The translations under genes were made by a program, and so were the position numbers. Below are positions 58,253 through 64,000 of a DNA stretch of 64,000 bases, piece by piece (position 1 is the first letter of the stretch; every line of letters begins with the position of its first letter). Below the pieces are notes generated by a model. The model saw only the letters and a list, made by a program, of their open reading frames with translations. It was not told where the DNA came from and did no database searches. This stretch comes from a virus: the IMG/VR virus record IMGVR_UViG_3300001530_000094; one strand, given 5' to 3'.

Positions 58253-58561
58253 GTGGAAACTTTAGGAATAATAAGAAGAATAGATGACTTAGGTAGAATA
58301 ATAATACCTAAAGATTTAAGAAAAGCATGTGATTTAAAAGAAGGAGATGCTTTGGAGATAATTATAGACAAAGATAAAAATATAATTATGAAGAAAAGAG
58401 AAGAAGTTGAAGTAAGTTTATTAGATAAGTATAATGACAAATTAGTTGAATTAAAAAATAAAATGGCAGAAGCTTATATAGAAAAAGATGATGAGCAATT
58501 TAGATTATTAGAAGCTCAAAAAGATTTAGTAGAAGAAGTTATAAAAGATTTAAGAAAATAG
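58253..58561 (+). CDS. AbrB/SpoVT-like transition-state regulator
   Basis: ETLGIIRRIDDLGRIIIPKDLRKACDLKEGDALEIII; GTG start. Confidence 0.9.
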   Translation: METLGIIRRIDDLGRIIIPKDLRKACDLKEGDALEIIIDKDKNIIMKKREEVEVSLLDKYNDKLVELKNKMAEAYIEKDDEQFRLLEAQKDLVEEVIKDLRK

Positions 58562-58581
58562 TACTGAAAGGGTGAAATAAA

Positions 58582-58743
58582 ATGGATAAAGTATATGTAT
58601 GCTGTTTATGTGGTAAACTTTGTAAAGGGTATGGGAATAATCCTAAACCGTTGTCGAACAATGAAAATGATAGATGTTGTGATGAATGCAATGACAAAGT
58701 AATAATAGCAAGAATAATGAATTTAGTAAATTCAGAGGACTAG
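58582..58743 (+). CDS. small Cys-rich (CCLC...CCDEC) protein
   Basis: MDKVYVCCLCGKLCKGYGNNPKPLSNNENDRCCDECNDKVIIARIMNLVNSED; RBS aaagggtg; not in supplied track. Confidence 0.7.
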   Translation: MDKVYVCCLCGKLCKGYGNNPKPLSNNENDRCCDECNDKVIIARIMNLVNSED

Positions 58744-58762
58744 TAAAATAGTCCTCTTTACA
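58734..58762 (+). terminator. intrinsic terminator
   Basis: GAGGACTA-gtaaaa-TAGTCCTCTTT. Confidence 0.7.
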
Positions 58763-58785
58763 TATTATCATTAAGAGGTGATAAT

Positions 58786-59112
58786 ATGGAAGAAGTATTA
58801 ATGATTAAAAATATTTTTGATTTAGCTAGAAAGTATAGTGCAAATAAAGCAACTTTAGATTATAAGACTCAGGATAGAAAAGGACAAGACATAGTTATTT
58901 ATTTAATCTTAGATGATATAGAATTTAATTCTTCAGATGAGCTATATAATTATTTAACTTCTAAATATAAAAGTCTCGGTGATTATTCTAGTGCTTCTGA
59001 ATTTAAAGAAATACCTATTAAAATAGAAGATATTAATAAAAATGAGTCTTTGATTAAATTTAATTTAGAACACATGGAGTTTGAGATGAAAGTGAAGAAG
59101 GAGCTAATATGA
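58786..59112 (+). CDS. hypothetical protein
   Basis: ORF with RBS gaggtg. Confidence 0.6.
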   Translation: MEEVLMIKNIFDLARKYSANKATLDYKTQDRKGQDIVIYLILDDIEFNSSDELYNYLTSKYKSLGDYSSASEFKEIPIKIEDINKNESLIKFNLEHMEFEMKVKKELI

Positions 59113-59363
59113 AGAAATATAAAGTTTATTTAGATGCATTAAAATGTAATAGAATGTATAGTTCTTTTATTAAAAATTGTGATTTAGGGATAGAAGAATT
59201 TGGTGTTCCTATCTCTATTTCATTTACTATAGAACAAGAACCTACAAAAGAAATAATAGATAAAATAATAGAGGTTCATAACAGTACTAAAGAACATAAA
59301 GAATTTGAATGGTATTTTAGTCAAGTTAAACTTAATAGAATAGAGTTAATTAGTGAGGAATAA
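59109..59363 (+). CDS. hypothetical protein
   Basis: ORF with RBS. Confidence 0.6.
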   Translation: MKKYKVYLDALKCNRMYSSFIKNCDLGIEEFGVPISISFTIEQEPTKEIIDKIIEVHNSTKEHKEFEWYFSQVKLNRIELISEE

Positions 59364-59366
59364 TTT

Positions 59367-59630
59367 ATGCAGAAATTAATTGATATTACAGGTAATAAAT
59401 ATCATCATTTAACAGTTTTAGGTCTTGACCATATAGGATATAGAAAAAATGGTAAAAGTAGAAGCTATTGGAAATGTAAATGTGATTGTGGGAATATAAA
59501 AATATTAAGAAAAGACGAATTTATTTATCCATATAGTAAAACTAAGTCATGTGGCTGCTGGCATATAGAAGAAAGCAGTAAAAGACCTAGAGATAAAGAA
59601 ACAGGAAAGTATATATTAATACAGAGGTGA
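59367..59630 (+). CDS. AP2/HNH-associated zinc-finger-like protein
   Basis: DITGNKYHHLTVLG...SYWKCKCDCGNIKILR...TKSCGC. Confidence 0.75.
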   Translation: MQKLIDITGNKYHHLTVLGLDHIGYRKNGKSRSYWKCKCDCGNIKILRKDEFIYPYSKTKSCGCWHIEESSKRPRDKETGKYILIQR

Positions 59631-59923
59631 TATTTATGAATGAAGAAATAGTACATAGAGAATTAGCTAGAAGATTAGCTGTAAGAAGTATTGAAGATTA
59701 TAGACAAAGATTTTTATTAGAAGAGGATTTATTAAGTGGAGTAGATAGACAGAAGATTTTAGATGAGATTGATGATATTAAAGAAAATGTAAAACTAGAT
59801 GACAGAAGAAAATTATTAGCCGAAAGAGATATGTATAAGAAATTAGTTGAAGAACTTGAGAAGAAATTGACTCTGTATCATTTAGCAGATGATAGAGATT
59901 GTGATGAAGAGTTTGAAATATAA
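59627..59923 (+). CDS. hypothetical protein
   Basis: ORF with RBS gaggtg. Confidence 0.6.
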   Translation: MIFMNEEIVHRELARRLAVRSIEDYRQRFLLEEDLLSGVDRQKILDEIDDIKENVKLDDRRKLLAERDMYKKLVEELEKKLTLYHLADDRDCDEEFEI

Positions 59924-59934
59924 GGAGACAGAAA

Positions 59935-60203
59935 TGAATATTAAAGAAAAATTAAATTTATTAGCAATAGCAAAGAACAAATTTGAAATTAAAGATGTTG
60001 TAAAAAATGATGGTACTCAAACTTATGAAGTATTACACTTGCAAGCAGATTTAGCAGCTTGTATAACAGTAATTAATCAGGGAAGTAATATAAGTGTAAG
60101 TTATTTTAGAACTGATTGCTATAATAGTGGAACAGAGTAGTTGTATATAGATACTGTAGCTCTAGAAGAGTTAAAGACTTTCTGTGAATTTTTAATGAAA
60201 TAG
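59935..60203 (+). CDS. hypothetical protein; in-frame TAG at 60138-60140 followed by 20 more sense codons
   Basis: MNIKEKLNLLAIAKNKF...SYFRTDCYNSGTE(TAG)LYIDTVALEELKTFCEFLMK*; RBS aaggag. Confidence 0.55.
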
Positions 60204-60214
60204 AGGTGAATAAA

Positions 60215-60508
60215 ATGATATTAAATAAAACAGTTATAATATTTAGAGGAGATACTGTAATATCTCCAGCAGTAGGATTAAAGACTGGTAATGGTAAGAT
60301 AATGCTAGATGAATTAGAAAAACCAGTGAAAATAGGTTCTAGAATAGATTTAAGAGGAGAAGATTTACCTCATCCTGTAGAATTAATCTTTGAAAAGAAA
60401 GAGTCCGTAGATGCTTTAATTAAACAATTGAAAGTTGTAAAGAAAGATATGATAAAGTTTGAAAAAGGAGAGTTGAAAGATGAGCAAAGTAAGCAAGAAA
60501 GTAAATGA
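60215..60508 (+). CDS. hypothetical protein
   Basis: ORF with RBS gaggtg. Confidence 0.6.
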   Translation: MILNKTVIIFRGDTVISPAVGLKTGNGKIMLDELEKPVKIGSRIDLRGEDLPHPVELIFEKKESVDALIKQLKVVKKDMIKFEKGELKDEQSKQESK

Positions 60509-60710
60509 AATTAAAGAAAAACTAGATAGTATTAGTGGATTAGATGATGATTATGTATACAGCTGGATAGAGTCTATAGATAAAATAGTTACTCCTATAG
60601 TAGATATCTGTAGTACCTGGTCTGAGGAAGAAGATGAAAAAGGAACTATTTTCTACAAGAAGAGAGTAGAAAGTCCGCTAAAAGAACTATTTAATAAGAA
60701 TGAAGATTAA
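60480..60710 (+). CDS. hypothetical protein
   Basis: ORF with RBS ggagag. Confidence 0.6.
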   Translation: MSKVSKKVNEIKEKLDSISGLDDDYVYSWIESIDKIVTPIVDICSTWSEEEDEKGTIFYKKRVESPLKELFNKNED

Positions 60711-60738
60711 AAGTATACAAATGTATACTTTATTTTTT
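60710..60738 (+). terminator. intrinsic terminator
   Basis: AAAGTATAC-AAAT-GTATACTTTATTTTTT. Confidence 0.8.
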
Positions 60739-60751
60739 ATCAAATTTATAG

Positions 60752-60780
60752 TTTACAAATTTGAAATATTATGATATAAT
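60752..60780 (+). promoter_or_regulatory. sigma70-like promoter TTTACA-N17-TATAAT
   Basis: tttacaAATTTGAAATATTATGAtataat. Confidence 0.85.
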
Positions 60781-60807
60781 ATTAATTATAGATTAGAGAA
60801 AAAGGAG

Positions 60808-62904
60808 ATGGGATTATTGATAGATAAAGAAGAATTACAGAAGCATAGGGATAAAATATTTAATGATATTTTAGAAATGCTAGAAACAAATCAAAGAGTA
60901 GGATGTGTACAGCCAACTGGTGTGGGTAAATCTTATTGTATTGCTAGACTTTGTAACAAGTTGAAAGGAAAGAAATTAGTTTTAGAACCGGGAAATGAGG
61001 TAATAAACTATATGCAGAAGTTTAACATTGAAACTCCTGACACAGACTATATTACATACTATAGTTTATTAAAACCATCAGCTACAGATTTAGCTAATAT
61101 GTTTAAAGAGTATGATTATATATTTTTAGATGAAATGCACAGAGCATTAGCAGACAAATGGGGTAAACAGTTAGATAAAACATTCGCTATATTGGATGTG
61201 TTAGAAGCAAAGTATAAAATTTTAGGTTTTAGTGCTACTCCTACTAGAATGGATAATAGAGATGCAGTGGAGGAGATATTTAACGGAGTTCAGATAGAAC
61301 CGTATTATTTACAAGATGCTATATTAGATGGAATACTTCCTAATATAGAGTATCATTCTAGTATATATGAGATTACAGACAAAGACAAAAATAGAATAAA
61401 ATTAAAAGACACTCCATTAGCTAAACAGATACTTAGTTATGACATAGATGAAGGAGTTTCAAAAATATTTCAAGAAAATCTAGATTTATCTCAACCTCAT
61501 CATATAATAGTATTTGTGGATAGAATTGTAAATATACCTGAAGCTATAGACAATATGAAGAAATGGCTAAAAGTAGATTTTAGTATCTACAAAGCTCATA
61601 GTAAAATGTCATATAAAGAAAGTAAAGAAGCTATAGAAAATTTTCAAAAAGACAAAGGTTTATCTTTAATGTTTGCTGTAGATATTTTAAATGAGGGAGT
61701 TCACTTAGATAAAGTTGATACTTCAGTATTTTTAAGAAAAACTTCTAGTACTAGGGTATATAATCAACAACTAGGAAGAGTAATTTCTGATACAATAGAA
61801 AACCCTAAAGTATTTGATTTAGTAAATAATATAGATAATTTAGACGCTGGGTATGCTTTTATATTTAAAGAGAAAGCTGATAAACTAAATATTAAAACAG
61901 AACAACTAGTTACTAAAAGTGGAGAATATCTAAAAATTACTACTCATCAAGAAGATTTAATAAAAAAGTTAAAAATGTGTAATAGAAAGTTGAGTGATGG
62001 TGAAAAACAATTTATAAAAGATAATTATAAAAATATGACTAATAAAGAAATAGCAACTTATCTTAATAGAAGTGAAGCTACTATAATTAAATTTAAGTCA
62101 GACTCTGGTTTAACTTGCCCACGTAAATTATTATCTGAGAGAGAAAAACAGTTTATAAAAGATAACTGTAATTATATGAGTGTTACTGAGATGAGTAAAA
62201 TTTTAAATAGAGATAGAAATGTATTATATAGATATATTTCTAAAGAAGGATTGAATTGTCTTAAACTTAAACAACACACCAAAATATCTGAGGAAAAGAT
62301 ACAATACATAAAAGATAATTCCTATAAAATGACTGCAAAACAGTTGTCAGAGAATACTGGTATTAATATATACACGATAACAAAAATATTAAATAGATAT
62401 AACTTAAAATATCTTAAAAAGAGTAATATATTTACTGATGAAGAAGATATGCAATTGAAAAATTATATTGAATCTGGCTTAAAAAGTAAAGATATAGCAA
62501 TTAAAATGGATAGAGATAGAGGAGTTATTCTTCAGCATGCTTATATAAAAGGGTACACATGGCCGGGAAAAAGAAGAGTTTTGTATGAATGGAAAGAATT
62601 TATAGATAAAAATGCTCATAATATGACTGTAAATGAAATGTGTAAACATACTGGCATAAAAGAGCCTACTCTTAGGTCTTATTATTCTAAAAATAATATA
62701 TCATATAAAAAATTAAATGGTGGAGCTGGTAAAAAAGAAAAAAGACTGAGTAAACAGCAGAAACAGTGGATAAAAAATAATTCTTATAACAATACATGTA
62801 GAGCTATGTCAGATATTTTAGAAATACCTATAATGACCATTTATAATTACTGTAAAAGACATAATTTGCCTTTTATAAGAGAAAGATTTTCAAAATATCA
62901 ATAA
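60808..62904 (+). CDS. SF2 helicase fused to a C-terminal array of HTH-like repeats
   Basis: QPTGVGKSYCIARL, FLDEMHRA, GFSATPTRMD, QQLGRVI; repeated LSxxEKQFIKDNxxNMTxxEIAxxLNR units. Confidence 0.88.
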   Translation: MGLLIDKEELQKHRDKIFNDILEMLETNQRVGCVQPTGVGKSYCIARLCNKLKGKKLVLEPGNEVINYMQKFNIETPDTDYITYYSLLKPSATDLANMFKEYDYIFLDEMHRALADKWGKQLDKTFAILDVLEAKYKILGFSATPTRMDNRDAVEEIFNGVQIEPYYLQDAILDGILPNIEYHSSIYEITDKDKNRIKLKDTPLAKQILSYDIDEGVSKIFQENLDLSQPHHIIVFVDRIVNIPEAIDNMKKWLKVDFSIYKAHSKMSYKESKEAIENFQKDKGLSLMFAVDILNEGVHLDKVDTSVFLRKTSSTRVYNQQLGRVISDTIENPKVFDLVNNIDNLDAGYAFIFKEKADKLNIKTEQLVTKSGEYLKITTHQEDLIKKLKMCNRKLSDGEKQFIKDNYKNMTNKEIATYLNRSEATIIKFKSDSGLTCPRKLLSEREKQFIKDNCNYMSVTEMSKILNRDRNVLYRYISKEGLNCLKLKQHTKISEEKIQYIKDNSYKMTAKQLSENTGINIYTITKILNRYNLKYLKKSNIFTDEEDMQLKNYIESGLKSKDIAIKMDRDRGVILQHAYIKGYTWPGKRRVLYEWKEFIDKNAHNMTVNEMCKHTGIKEPTLRSYYSKNNISYKKLNGGAGKKEKRLSKQQKQWIKNNSYNNTCRAMSDILEIPIMTIYNYCKRHNLPFIRERFSKYQ

Positions 62905-62911
62905 TAAAAAT

Positions 62912-62948
62912 TCTCCTAGTAACATATTATTACTAGGAGTTTTATTTT
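62912..62948 (+). terminator. intrinsic terminator
   Basis: CTCCTAGTAA-catatta-TTACTAGGAGTTTTATTTT. Confidence 0.85.
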
Positions 62949-62965
62949 GTAAGGAGGAAAGAAAA

Positions 62966-64000
62966 TTGGCGCAGTTAGATGTCTTAAGAAAAAAGTGTGA
63001 AATGTTAGGTTTAGAACCTGAAAAAACTCGTAATAGAGTAAATAAAGAAACTGGAGAAAGATATAGAGAAAGTACAATTGATAGTTGTAAAACAGCTCTT
63101 CAACAGTATTATATTAAAAAATATAGGGAGGAAGGTACTTTAAATCCATTCGTAGAGAGAATATTACAATTTCCACCTATGTTAGCAGCTCAAATGAAAA
63201 CTTTAAAAGAAAAAGAAATTCCCATTCTTTGGGAAGAAGACAATGATTGGATAGCTACAGAGAAAATAGACGGAAATAGAATGAGATATTGTTATAATAA
63301 AGATTACGGAGTAGAATATTTTTCTAGAAATTTATCTGAAGGACAAGATGGAGATTATTTACCGATTAGATATTCTAATAAGTTAACTATTCCTAGGCCA
63401 GAAATGGAGGCTCTTAATGCAATGGGAATTTTTGACTTTATTATAGATGCAGAATTAGTACCATATTTTGATACTATAAGAAGTTTCCCTAATAGAAAGA
63501 AAATAAATGGAGTTTGGACAGATGTGATGGAAGTTCCTATAGCAGATACTCAATTAAACTTCACTACTTCAGTTTTAGGAGCTTTAGATGATTTATCTCA
63601 TAGAATGCAAGAGACTAATCCCATGAAATTAATGGCATTTGATTTGATTTCATTTAATGGAGAAGATTTAACTAAGCTCCCACTAAAAGATAGATTGAAT
63701 AAGCTTAAAGCTTTATTAACTATACTTAAGAACTATGGAGTAGGAGATAGAATACAACTAGTAAAAGGGACTACTACAGAAAAAGTGAAATTTTATCAAG
63801 ATATAGTAAGTAGAGGTGGAGAAGGTTGTGTTTTGAAGGATTTAAGGGCTCCGTATATGTCTGGAAAGAGAGATAAAGTGTGGGTAAAAGCTAAACGTTC
63901 TGTATCAGGTTCTTTCTTAGAAGAAAAAGCTGGAGATACTATAGATGCTTTTGTAATAGGTTATAAAAGAGGTAATGAAGGAACCAACATTGAAAATTAT
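62966..64000 (+). CDS. ATP-dependent DNA ligase (3' partial at window edge), TTG start
   Basis: ATEKIDGNRMRY (KxDG motif), PEMEALNAM...IDAELVP, GGEGCVLKDLRAPY, KVWVKAK; RBS aaggagg. Confidence 0.85.
   Translation, partial: MAQLDVLRKKCEMLGLEPEKTRNRVNKETGERYRESTIDSCKTALQQYYIKKYREEGTLNPFVERILQFPPMLAAQMKTLKEKEIPILWEEDNDWIATEKIDGNRMRYCYNKDYGVEYFSRNLSEGQDGDYLPIRYSNKLTIPRPEMEALNAMGIFDFIIDAELVPYFDTIRSFPNRKKINGVWTDVMEVPIADTQLNFTTSVLGALDDLSHRMQETNPMKLMAFDLISFNGEDLTKLPLKDRLNKLKALLTILKNYGVGDRIQLVKGTTTEKVKFYQDIVSRGGEGCVLKDLRAPYMSGKRDKVWVKAKRSVSGSFLEEKAGDTIDAFVIGYKRGNEGTNIENY

Noticed and set aside
1-64000. Genome-wide TAG or TGA reassignment
   Set aside because: Both are used as clean terminators of many genes in the window; only one suspicious in-frame TAG (60138) was found.

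Overview
AT-rich window with every supportable gene on the + strand. It looks like part of a large T4/SPO1-like myovirus genome infecting a low-GC Gram-positive-like host. It carries nucleotide metabolism and replication genes (ThyX, SHMT, dCMP deaminase, 5'-3' exonuclease, SbcD-like nuclease, C5 methyltransferase, HU, clamp-like protein, Toprim primase, clamp loader, sigma-like factors, ligase), a probable base-hypermodification cluster (dNMP kinase, GT-A-like glycosyltransferase, T4 gp42-like hydroxymethylase, dUTPase), a Tad2/DUF2829 anti-defence gene, SpoVG, a flotillin-like SPFH protein, a large structured non-coding/tRNA locus, terminase, portal, a divergent GroEL-like chaperonin, and a tail-fibre region with an array of DUF285/BspA-like leucine-rich proteins. 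The most striking signal is at codon level. I scanned for CGG. In annotated genes it occurs in-frame at 13 places. At 12 of these (9 genes, including terminase x2, primase, baseplate and tail genes, and a Walker-A ATPase x2) the reading frame breaks exactly at the CGG and is restored by a +1 step that skips the C and reads GGN (Gly): NNN-C-GGA x8, C-GGT x3, C-GGC x1. The preceding codons are all different, so classical P-site slippage is unlikely. This suggests a genome-wide quadruplet-like (CGGN->Gly) or unassigned-CGG +1 recoding system. The one exception is codon 6 of a MazG-like gene (18483). The roughly 60 CGG trinucleotides in the other two phases leave the frames intact. Other notable observations are a possible GOLLD/ROOL-class RNA with unusual tRNA-like elements, an intergenic 13-nt match to type II-A CRISPR repeats next to a CGCGCG hairpin, an in-frame amber before a coding-like C-terminus, and conserved promoter and operon-end elements.
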